NCBI RefSeq assembly: GCF_018977255.1
Contig: NW_024704742.1
Location: 57,848,001-57,912,000 of the forward strand
DNA length: 64,000 nt
Reading direction: 5' to 3'
Origin: Callorhinchus milii
Lineage: Eukaryota
Every line of letters begins with the position of its first letter. Position 1 is the first letter of the stretch. The notes under the pieces were generated by a model, which saw only the letters and a program-made list of their open reading frames with translations, was not told the DNA's origin and ran no database searches. Of the stretch, positions 28,301 through 40,800 are shown piece by piece. The position numbers were made by a program, and so were the translations under genes.

Positions 28301-31300
28301 GAGATTTAAAAGTGAGTCTTTGTATTAGAAAAACAGAATAACTTGTTTAATTTAATCTCTTACTTGTTGGGACAAATCGAACCAGGAGTAAAATACTGCC
28401 ACCAAGCAGCAGCATAGAAGCTGTGGAGATTCGTCGAGGTGCATGAAGCATCAACCTCCATGAAATGATATATGCTACCATATCAGTAACTGCAGAGATG
28501 AAACAGTTGATGTAAGGGTTTCCATACATGTTGGAAGTACTGAGCGTTAAACCATAATAACTGATAGCAGTAATCACCCTGTAAGAAAACAAAAAAGAAA
28601 TACATTATTCTTAATGTAATACTGAATAACATTTATTATCAACTACATAGAGATAACAGTTAGAGAAAACAAATTATTCCTAACTAACTCCAGTTTTGAA
28701 GGTATCGCATATGGCTTTCAAATCATATGAATATATTAACACAAGTGAAGATGGCTAATGAAAAAGTGAAGAAAAAGAATCCTTACAATTGATATAACAC
28801 CTTTTCACATCATTGAGATGTCTCAAAGCACTTCACAGCGTATATTGTAAGTGAATTGACTGTATATTTTGTGGGCGAAATGAGGCAGCCAATTGCACAC
28901 AGCAGTGCCCCACAAACAGTCATGGATTGAATGACCAATTTTTTTAAAATAGTTTTTTGAAGGGATTATTACCCCCGAAAGTGATCTGCCAATCGACTAA
29001 CAACTGGGATCCTATTTACTGCTAGGTAAAACGACGTGTGGATTAAGGAAACATGCCTAAGATTTCACTCCGCAAAACTAAGTAGATATTAATTTACGGA
29101 TTGCTTATGCATGCTTCCATCTTGATGACATTACACTATTCGCAAGACTTACTGGTAATGATGTGATCTAATGAGTATGTCAATATTGTACCATTGCCAG
29201 TTGGTACAACTGTACCAGTTAATTCTGTTACTCATGTGATGGTATCAGTAAGAACACAATTAAAACAAGTTTTCTTTACTTTCACAATTGTTTTTATTTT
29301 ATTAGAAAAACCAGGAATACCTCGCTAACAGGTGTATTTGACAAGAATTCACACCCATGGATGAATGCTGACATTTGCTGTTAGTTCATTATCATCTGAT
29401 GTTGGTAAATGTTAGCAAAACTGGATCACAGCAGACCAGTGATGATCACCATTTAGCCCCATTTAATATGAGGCACTGATAAGTTCTCAATGCTTGTAAA
29501 GCTAAGACCACTATTAGGATGTAAGCTCATAGGATCCGAATCTGTATCAGATGAATCCCATTCTGCCAACAACATGTTTATCCTTTCAAATCCCATTGAT
29601 CGCATGGCACTATTCAAAAAAGAGAGGTTCTCCTGGTATTCTGATTAACCATCTCCCAGACATAGGAATGTAGCAACAGGAGCAGGCCACTCAGCCCCTT
29701 GAGTCCGTTCCATCATTCTATAAGATCATGGCTGATCTGTTCCTCAACTTTAATTACCCGCTCTTGCCCCATATCTCTTGATACCCTTATCAAACAAACA
29801 TCTATCCATCTCAGTCTTGAAAATTTTAATGAAAATAAAAAGTCATACATTTCATGATTGTTGTGGAGATCTGTGAGCAAACTGGCTGCCATGTTTGCCT
29901 ACAAACATGCAATAATTACCGAAAATCTTGATGAGAGTTTTGAGACTTTTCAATGATGCGTTACGGTACTATACTAAATACAAGAATAATTACAACAACA
30001 ACAACAACAAGATTCCATTTATAGAGCGCCTTTCACATTGGGAAGACGTCCCAAAGCACTGGACAGTTGGGTCAGGACCCGAGCAGGAGGGAGATGATCA
30101 GGGTGAGGGGAGGGAAGGGAGGGAGCGAGAAGGGGGGAAACGTCAGGGTGAGGGGAGGGAAGGGAGGGGCGAGGAGGGGGTAGAGAGTTGAGAGGGGAGC
30201 TGAAGGCACGGGCAGGTAGATAGGGGCATAGTAAGTCAGAGAGGTAGGAGGGAGCAAGGCCATGAATGGCCTTGTAGGTGAGGATGAGGATCTTGAATTC
30301 GATCCTCTGGAGGATGGGGAGCCAGTGGAGGCGAGCGAGGGTGGGAGTGATGTGATTACGAAGCCTGGTGCGGGACAGTACATGAGCTGCAGTTCTGGAT
30401 GACCTGCAGCTTGTGGAGGGAGGTGCCGGGAAGGCCGGCGAGGAGAGAGTTGCCATAGTCCAGCCTTGAGGTAATAAAGGCGTGGACCAGAGTTTCAGCA
30501 GCCTGAGGAGTGAGATAGTGCCGTAGTCCAGCGATGTTTTGGAGGTGATGGAAGGCGGTGCCAGTTGTGGCGCGGATATGAGGTAGAAAGGACAGCTCAG
30601 GGTCGAACAGAATGCCGAGGTTCCTGACCGGCTTTGAGAGGTGGAGAGTGCAGCCTTGGATGCTGATTCTCTCAGCGCCTGAGGTGCGGAGGCGCTGACG
30701 TGAGCCAATCAGGAGGGCCTCAGTTTTACGCACGTTGAGCTGAAGAAAGTTGTCTCTCGTCCAGAACTCGATGTCAGACAGGCAGGCTGTCAGGACATCG
30801 GTAGTCGTGGAGTTGAGGGTAGAGGAGGACAGGTAGAGTTGGGTGTCATCCGCATACATGTGGAATTACTATCATTGATTCTGCTGGTTGCAGGTGTGAA
30901 TTTTTATCATGAATCTCTTAGAATTCTGCATATCGATCTGATGACTACAAGTTCTAAATATAAGTGATCATGAAGCTACACTCGTGACAAATACATCCCA
31001 GCATCTGTTGTCCCAAACTTTAGAGTTTAGTGATCCATCTTTTGGAGAACATCCACTTTCAGCATGGTTGGAATACCTTTGCAATGCTACGATTGTTTCA
31101 AACAGCTGTCTGTAGCTTAAACATCACCAACCACCTTGCACAACAATAACGAATTGCAGTTACATAGCATCTTTCATGTCGGGAGGATGTCCTAGTCCTT
31201 GAGATTGAAGCCCAATGCTGCACACAAGGCCAACGTAACACTGACTGTTTAATTCAGGACCTCTTATAAGAAGGTTTTGTAAAGATACAAATCCACTTTG

Positions 31301-31817
31301 TAAAAGCTTTAAAGATTGACACAATTCTAAGCAATAACTCACAGCCACTTATTGTATTCTAAGACCGTGATCACAATTCTCCTATTTATAAGGTCACTGC
31401 AACTTGTCCGTCTGCTAATCTTTTATTTCCCTCTCCCCCTTTTCCCTTGCTCAGTGTCCAATCCCATCATGGTGAAGCACTCCAAGACCTTTTCCTAAGT
31501 GAAGGGCGCTATGCAAATGCAAGTAGTTGTTGATGTTATGTGTGTATACTGGCAGCCACACAAACTACAATAACAATCCTTACATTTTGGCATTATTCTG
31601 AATCTGCTAGTTAACGTTAAATAATAATCTTATAATAATCCTTGCATTTGATATAGCGCCTTATCATATCTTCCAGACGTCTCAAAGCACCCAACAGAAT
31701 ATACTGTAAACTGAATTGATTTTATATATTGTGGGTGAAAGATGGCAGTTAATTGCGCACAGCAGTGTACCACAAACAGTTGTGGATTGAATGACCACCT
31801 TTTTTTGAATGGATTAT

Positions 31818-31850
<33 letters not shown>

Positions 31851-34800
31851 CCTTGCATTTGATATAGCGCTTTTCACTTCGGGAGGACGTCCCAAAGCGC
31901 TTCACAGAACACATTGTAAAGTGAATTGACTGTATATTTGTGGGCGAATATCCCCAGAAAAGCAATTTGTCAATTGACTAACAACCAGGTTCCTACTGGA
32001 GAAAGGAAAGTGAGTCAACGTTTTGGATGCACGACCCTTGAACTGACGAAGGGTCGTGGACGCAAAACGTTGACTCACTTTCCTTTCTCCATAGATGCTG
32101 CCTGACCTGTTGAGTTTTCCCAGCTCTCTCTGTTTTTGTACCAGATTCCTACTTACTGATAGGTAAACAGAGCGTGTGGAGTGAGGAAACTTGCTAAATG
32201 TTTCACCCTGCGCAGGAATCAAACCCAGGTCCTCTCGCTTGGGAGGCGAGTGCTCTAACCAATATGCTAAAGGAAGTCCACCTTTAATGGCCTGAGGCAA
32301 ACAGATTACTGGTGGAGTGAAGAGACAACTACAGAAAGTGATTGGTGAGCTTGGTGCCTTTCATTACATTCATGTAATTCATTTATTATGTTTTATGACC
32401 TGTGAAACTGAATACCAATCGCACAAACATCTCACACTGACCTTAAGGGGACATAAAACAATTTTGATCATCAACAACTTTTGAGAGGAGGAATGTTGCT
32501 GGTTCCTGATCAAACATGTGATCAGATTGAGAACAGAACATCCTGCTCCTTGAAATAAGCCTGGCGAAATCACTCAAACTTATGCAATATTATCATGTTG
32601 TTCTGTTTGGTGGCTTTGACCTTTCAAATGCCATCAACGTGCATTCTGTAAATCTGTGGTAGGTGCAATGAAGGGAGGCACCTGTTCACAGAATTTGAGA
32701 AGTAGCCCAGAAATTTCTGTTGGGCTTTCTGCCTTGCAATACATGATCCAGAGAGAGAGGGGATATTTTCCTATGGCTTGACAACAGATATTGAAATCAG
32801 ATCCTCTTTGTTTCCAGGACCAATGTTTTTCTTCTTCTGCACAAATATTTCATTAACATTTCTCTCACGATCTTGTGAACACAATTTAATGACAATTTAA
32901 TTGGAGCAGAATTTCCTTTGTTAGCAGTTAAGAAGTTAATGCTACATCTGCTTTACACAAAATAGACTAAATACCAAAAGACCAATACAGATAACATATA
33001 TACAGGTTAATATGAATGACTTAATGATATAATATATACATATTAATATTAATGAGAATTCTTTGCTGATAAAGTCTCTACTCACCATATAAGGAGGGAT
33101 ATGACTGTGATTATCCTTACGTGGAAAGTTCTAACCAAATCCACGTAATTGTGTTTACTTTTCAGTTTATTCGTGGATTTCAAAACCTAAAAAAGTGTAA
33201 AATAAACAAGTGATATGATATTCTACATATAATGTAAAATTCGTAAATAGAACCACCTCTACATTAAGCAGACTATTTACTATATCCAACCTTTTATGCA
33301 AAAATGATTGAAAGTATGTGTAGGTTCCTGATCAACTGTAGCATATCCTACAATATCTCAGGGACTAGTTGTTTCAAATAAATCTCAGCAGAAACAGTGT
33401 GCATGACAAAATAATATAAAACATGAGTGAAAGCTGGGACCCATATAAATAACATTTGATCTCTTATTGTTGATCCTTGTTTCTTTCAGTGCAGTTAGAA
33501 CACTAAAATCTTAATTGGTTGAATCTCTGTGGATGCCACAAAGATGGTGGAGGAGAAGTGGGTAGAAATTCAACCTTGGTTTTGATTTACTCAATTAACT
33601 TAGCATTCCAGAGTGTGCAGAATTTACAAATTAAAATATAATTGAAATTTACATTTATATATCGCCTTTCACATTAGGAGGATACCCCAGATGGATTGCA
33701 AATTGGCAAATTGAACTTTTAATCCAGTTTTAACTTTGAAAACAATTTTCTGTAAGTTTTTAAAAGAAATTTACAGAAAATGGTTTCAAAATTAAGGGCT
33801 GCAAATTCACATGAAAGTTATGCTCATTGGATTCAGAAGTTCCGGAATAGAAGGTCCAGACCTTTCAATTATCTTAGAGATTATTTACTTTGGCAGCATA
33901 ACCTTTTGCAAAAGATTCTAGTTATTAAAATTGGTGGCACTCTTTACTCCATGTGTACACTGCTTATAGAGAAATATAGCATAAAAGACAATTATTCTTA
34001 AAATATGTAAATTATTCCAGATTTTGATTTAAATTACCAACATGAGATAAAAACAGTTAAGGAAAATCACCATTTATTCAGTGGTGTCTCTTCATTGAAA
34101 TAGTGGAGAACAGTGCTGTTGGGTTATTTTTGGCCTCCAAAATGGTTTTGGAGTAAAAGGCAGTTTTGGCCTGCAAGGGGGAGAGGTAGTAGTTGTGCAG
34201 AACCTCGAACCATAGCTGGTGATGGATTGTGAGGCCGGATTTGTGCCATCTGCACTCAAGTGACCAGGTTTTAGTTTTGATGAGGTGGAGGTAACTCTTA
34301 CACCAGAGGAAGTGGGTAGATTTGGAGACAGAACTAGATTCCAGGGGGCAAAGGAGTGAGGGTTGCAGAGAGGCGATCGTTTAGCAGCTTTATGGCTGCA
34401 TCAGGATTGCTGTGGATAGAAGTGCAGAGGGAGAAGAGATCCGAGGAAGGATGTGTCTTATAACAAAACCCTGTCTCACAACATAAGACAGAAACAATAA
34501 AGGATAATCACCAGATATAACAATAAAGAATAATCACCATGTTATCGCTACGCTGAAATATCTCCCCAACATGTTTAATGCCATTTTTCTTAGCAGCAGC
34601 TTTCACAATGGCTTCTGCTTCTTCCACTCGGCCTTGAGATAGCAGCCACCTGGGAGACTCAGGTATAAACCTGCAAAAATGTGCATGTAGCTTAAGAAAG
34701 ATTTCTCAATAAACACGGCAGAAGACTGAATTGATTAATGAAATACTGAAATTGACAATTGTGTAGAAAGGCTTCTGAATTTCTTTAAATTAACAAGTTG

Positions 34801-37800
34801 CATTTAGATAGTGCCCTTCACACGGGGTAGCTTCTTGGAGTACTTAATAGTGGTGTAGATCAACACTGAGCCAGGGAGAAAGGGGAGATGATCTTAGGCA
34901 CGGTCTAAGATGAAAGTCTTCAGGTGCGATCTGAAGATTGGCAAAGAGGGGAGAAGGTCGAAGGATTCAGACAGCAAGTTCAAGAGTTTCGGAAAAATTA
35001 ACAGAATTTCAGTCACTGATTTTAGCAATCTGGTGTTTTACAATTTACACAAATGTATTAAAATCAGTGGAGCCTTGCAATTTCTATGGTGCCGCTAAAA
35101 ATAATTGTATTTTATAGCACCTATGTGTTTCATATAACATTTCAACATGCTACAGTAATGGTAATGACATGTTCTGCAGTTACTTTTCTCAATTGAACAA
35201 TTATCAAACCTGGAAGAGTAGGTCCAAAAACGCTGAATCCTTTTTAGTTGAATTCAGTTCCTTCTTTCACCTTTTCATCATTTCTTTTTATCTGTTCATC
35301 TTGAAGTTCTTTAAACTATTTGCTTCTGTAGTTATTAGTTTTATTTACATAGACTTTACAGGATGGAAACAGGCCATTTGGCCTAACGAGCCAAGCTGGA
35401 CTCTACATCAGTCTCCACCCATTCATTATGCCTTTCCATCCCTTCTATTCCCTTCTCCCTCCTGTGTATATCTAGCTTTCTCTAAATTGCACCTGTACTG
35501 TTTGCTTCAGGCAGTGAGTTCTGCATTCTCACTACCCTGTGCATAAAGTAGTTCCTCCTAAATGCTCCAACTTTGAGGGGACGAATCATTTACCTGCAGA
35601 GGGAATAGTTTTCTCTGTTAATAACAAAAAAAACTGTGAATAAGGAGGCAAATATTAAATGGAAATATTAACTTACCACCACAGAGGGAAAAACAGAAGT
35701 TCTGGCAGAAACAATGCCAGTATTAATAGTTTCCATTCTCGGACAAAATAGGCGATAAGAGGTAAAATAGCATAGCCTATGGCAAATGTCAAGCAGATGC
35801 CAAGTGCTGTGAAAGTGATTCTCACAGATTTGCTGAACAGTTCTGCTCCTGGATAGTGAAAGGGAAAGAGAAATTAAAATAATTAAATTAAAATACAATT
35901 CATGATCAAAACCCATTAATAAAACTTCTTAATGCAATTTCTGAGGTTTCATTATCACATTAATTCACAAAATTATAACAAAACAAATGTGAAACTAATG
36001 CTACAATTTACATCAGATTTATACATCTCAAAGAGCTTCACAGAATATACTGTAAAGTGAATTGACTGTATATTTTGTGCGTGAAACCAGGCAGCCAATT
36101 GCACACAGCAGTGACCCACAAACAGCCATGGATTGAGTGACCTCATTTTTTTAAAGGGATTATTACCCCTGGTAAAGAGTATTGATACAGAAAGAAGCCA
36201 TTCAGTCCATTGTGCATGTGTTAACTCACTGAAAAAACAATTGATTTGCCACTACAAATTTGGTTGCCTTTGACATGATTGCAACATTCAATTTATTTGC
36301 AAGAAAAAAATACCACAGCAATCCTAATACTGATTCCTGTGACACACTAGCAACAAGTTGCTGATATTTGATGTAATCTCAGTGAGTGCTGATGAGGAAG
36401 AAATATCAGTGATAGATTATGGTGAGGGACCAGTTGCTGTTGGGTGGGTTTGAGGTTGTCTACACACCTATAATAATAACAATCCTTGCATTTGATTTAG
36501 CACCTTATCACGTCTTTGAGATGACTCAAATGCTTCACAGAATATATTGTAAAGTGAATTGACTGTATATTTTGCGGGTGAAATGCAGCAACCAATTGTG
36601 CACAGCAGTGTCCCACAAACAGTCACAAATTTTGCTTCATATAATTTGGGTATAGATGTAAATCGGTGGCATCTGTTGAAAATGGAGCTGTGAAGAATAT
36701 TGAAAAAAACTCTTATAATAATAATCCTTGCATTTGATATAACGCTTTTCACGTCTTCTAGACGTCCCAAAGCGCTTCACAGAATATACTGTAAAGTGAA
36801 TTGACTGTATATTTGTGGGTGAAATGTGGCAGCCAATTGCACACAGCAGTGTCCCACAAACAGTCCTGGATTGAAATGACAATTTATTATTGTTTTTTTT
36901 GAGGGATTATTATCGGGCGTGTGGAGTAAGGAAACTCGCCCAAGGTTTCACCCCGTTGGGAATCGAATCCAGGTCTCTCACTTGCAAAGCGAGTGCTCTA
37001 ACCACTGAGCTACAGGACTCCACTTCTGCTACACATAATGGAAGTGTAGAGATCAATTACATTCCAAGATGGTGCCATGGCATATCCAAATGCTCTGTAA
37101 GAAAACAATTTCAGACATGTTTGATGGAGTGGATTCCAAACTTTACAGATGTCCACACTTCTGTGCTCACATAGATCAGTGGGTGTCATGACTAGAAAGC
37201 CTTCAGCAATGCATTGTGTGGATTCCCTCAGTATTAACAACTTGGTAGGTTTGCCTGGTGTCCTGACCGTCCAACCCCAAGATAAAATTGATCATTCACT
37301 TCATGGCTGTTTGTGTAACATTGCATTGTGCAAATTGACTGACGACTTTGCCTGCAAAATACACAGTCACTACATTTTGCAGTAAAATCCTGTGGAGTGC
37401 TTTGATATGTCTTCATGATGTGATAAGCCTCATATCAAATGAGAGTTCAACAAAACACCAATACTCTGAACAGGTTCCATGAGGTGAAGAGTTGAAGTCT
37501 GACAGTCAATGAGTCAGAACAGCATCACTGGTGCATGACAGTTATTATATCAGGTTGTGAATCTGTTCTAATGGTGGGAATTATCTGCATATGAAGAAGG
37601 AGCAATCAAAGAGGAGGCACAGGCTTTCTAGGAACATCTCTTGTCGAGACATCTCAAAGTGCTTCACAGGATTTACTGTAAAATATAGTGACTGTGTATT
37701 TTGCAGGCAAAGTCGGCAGTCAATTTGCACAATACAATGTGTTTGTAGATATCCCATCAACCATTGTACTACAAATGGCCTCACAGTGACCAATTTTCTC

Positions 37801-40800
37801 TGGGGGAATTTTAGTTCAGCCACAAGGAGAAATTCCTTCCTTTTCAAATACAGCAACACAATTACATTTGTATAGCACCTTTCACGTCAGGAGGATGTCC
37901 CAAGGTGCTGAACAGACAGACTTTTAGACCCGAGCTGGGGGTCGGTGTCAGGGAGGGTGGAGGGGGGGGGGAAGCAGGGAGATCAAATGCACAGTCAAGA
38001 GTAGGGTCTTCAGATGCGTCTTGAAGGTGGCAAGGGAAGGGTCGTGGCAGAGGAACTGTGCGATGGAATTGCAGAGTATGGGGGCAGAGTGGCAGAAGGC
38101 CCACCTGCCAAAAGTGGGGTGAGGGACATGAAGCAGGCTGGAGCCCGCTGAGTGGAGAGAGTGAGCAGAATGGTAGGGGGTTAGGATGTCACGGAGGTAG
38201 GTGCTAGCAAGACCATGGAGGGCTTTGAAGGTGAGGGCCAGGATCTTGAACTGCATCCTCTGTGTGATGGGAAGCCAGTGGAGTCAGACGAGGATGAAGC
38301 TAATAGGTTCGCGGAGCCTATTGCGGGAGAGGACACGGGCTGCAGAGTTCTGGCTGATCTGCAGCCTATGGAGGGAGGAGTTGGTGAGGCCAACAAGCAA
38401 TGAGTTTGCATAGTCAAGCTCAATGTAATGGAAGCATGTATGAGGGTTTCGGCGGCCTGCGGTGTGAGACAGAGGCAGAGCCGGGCAATGTTGTGGAGAT
38501 AGAGGAAGGTAGAGCGGGTCATGGCGCAGATGTGGAGTAGAGAGGATAGTTATGGGTCAAATAAGACACCAAGGTTCCAGACTGGCTTAGTAAGGTTGAA
38601 TGTGCAACCATGGACGGTGATACTGTCAGCGCCTGAGGTGAGGAGGTGCTGACAGGAGTCAATCAGGAGAGCCTCGGCCTTGTTGATATTTAATTGGAGA
38701 AAATTAGCTCTCATCTAGGACTTGATGTCTCACAGACATTCGGTCAGGACAGCAGTGGTCCTGGAGTCGAGGGTGAAGGCAGAGAGGTAGAGTTGGGTGT
38801 CATCCGCATACATGTGGAAGTTGACCCCAGGACTGCAGGTGATGTCACCAAGAGGGAGCATATAGATGTTGAAGAGGAAAGGACCAAGGATGGAGGCCTG
38901 TGGAACACCGCACAAGACGGTGCGGGGGCTAGAGGAGAAGCCATGTGTGGAAAGATAGTGGAGGTGGTGTGAGAGGTGATTTGAACCAGTCAAGGACAGA
39001 GCTGTGAAGATTGAGATGAGAGGAGAGGTGGTGGATGAGGATAGAGTGGTCGATGGTGTTGAAGGCAGCAGAGAAGTCAAGGAGGATGAGGAGGTAGATG
39101 GAGCCCTGGTCCCAGATGGACAGAATGTCATTTGTCATTTTGACCAGGGCTGTTTCTGTGCTGTGGGCTGCACGGAAACCTGATTGCAGGGGTTCATGAA
39201 GGGAATGGCTGGAGAGGTAGGATCGAAGCTGAGAAACAACAATTCGTTTCAGGACCTTGTAGAGGAAAGTGAGGTTGGAGATGGGGAGGTAGTTTGGGAG
39301 TAGAGCTGGGACCAGGGAGGGTTTTTTAAAGGTAGGATTGATGACGGCAGTTTTTAATGGGGTAACAACAGTATCAGAGGTCAGGGAGAAGTTTATGATT
39401 TCTGTGAGTAAGGGGCAAGGAGGTGGAACTGGGAGGTAAGGAGAGAGGTAGGGATGGTGTCGAGGGAGTAGGTGATCGGTTTCATGTGGGTTATAATGGT
39501 GATGAGAGAAGAGGGGGAGACAGGTTCGAAGGTGTGGAGGGAAGGATGTGTAGGGGCTGGGCTGTGAGAGGGCGATGGGGTGGGGGTAGCAGATACAGTG
39601 GCAGAGGCAGCTAAGCAGATTCTCTAGACTTTGGATTCGAAGAAGTCCAGCATTGCCTCACAGTAAGCATTTGAGGTGAGGATGGGTGAGGCATGAGAGG
39701 ATTGGTGGATGAGCCAGTTCATGATGGAGAAGAGAAGCCTTAGGTTGTCCTTATCCTCCAAAATTGTCTTGGAGTAGAACGACGATTTAGCGGAGGTGAG
39801 AACGGAGCGGTAAGATTTGATATGTTCCAGCCAGATCTACCAATGGGCTGTTAAGTTTGATTTAAGCCAGGTGAGCTCAGCGGCACGCACCTGTGCTTTA
39901 AGGGAGTGGAGGTGGCTGGTATACCATGGTGACTTATGTGAATAAGAGATGACTCGGGAAGAGAAGGTGGCAAGGGAATCGAGAGTGGAGGAGAGGGAGC
40001 TGGGACAAAGAGTGACCGAGGAGGTTAGGTCATTGCGGGAGGAAGCCCAGAAGGGAAGGAGTTCAGATGACTCCAAGGCAGCTGAGACGAGGGGGGGGGG
40101 TGGGGAGATTTTTTTCCAGGACCGGTCAGGTTGGGTGATGGTGAGTAGAGGGATTGAGGAGTTAAGGGAGATTAAGTGAAATAGTGCCATGGAACAGGCA
40201 TACAGTATTTTGATTTAATATCTCATATTAAAGATTGCGTCTCCATTGGTGTGTCAGTCTAGACTGGGAGTTTAAAGTCATAATTGGGTTAAACCCACAA
40301 GCTTCTATCGCAGAAGAGAGTGAGCCACCAACTGAGCACGGCTGCCACACGTGTATATGTAAGATGTATGAATTCTAAAAGTTCTTTTGTACATTTGTAA
40401 TTGTTTGGAATGCTACCAGTGTTAAAACAAAGTTACCTAAAACAAAAGCAGTTACATAATTCGAAATATCTCCAACTCCAATGAAAAAGCACAATATGGA
40501 GAACATCTCCCAGCTACTTGAGGCCATTTGCATGAAACTTAAGATTGTCTGCATTGCAATGCCTCCAAAGAGAACGACTTTTCTTCCATACCTATAAAAC
40601 AATAAAAAAGTACAGTAATATTTTTAATCTTTAACAGAAAATATTGCAAGATTCAAAATTATCCAAAAGTTAACTTCATGTTCTAACAACCCTATATGTG
40701 AGAACATGTATTGTGGCCTTGATTTTGCTCTTCTGGTGATACAGAACAACCCTTATCAAGCGCCTCACTAGAGCACTGGTTCATTTTTAATGTTGGGGTG

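Larger units (their letters stand above)
31620..32282 (-). mobile_element. Two tandem Deu-type SINEs (31620-31810 truncated; 31815-32282 with head), the second interrupted by a hammerhead-bearing insertion
   Basis: Two (aat)n tails and cores; tRNA head at 32215-32282. Confidence 0.85.

Noticed and set aside
31630..31965. Poly-Tyr ORF ([13 protein letters not shown]) and similar ORFs at 36.6k, 48.2k and 63.1k
   Set aside because: Translation of SINE (TTA)n tails
36950..37023. tRNA-Ala(TGC)-like sequence (also about 63470-63531, 48600-48665, 32215-32282)
   Set aside because: These are SINE heads: no proper acceptor stem, and each is attached to a Deu core and L2-type tail
31620..37023. Repeated units resembling a CRISPR-like or regular array
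   Set aside because: Dispersed, irregularly spaced SINE copies in a eukaryotic intron; no repeat-spacer periodicity or cas genes
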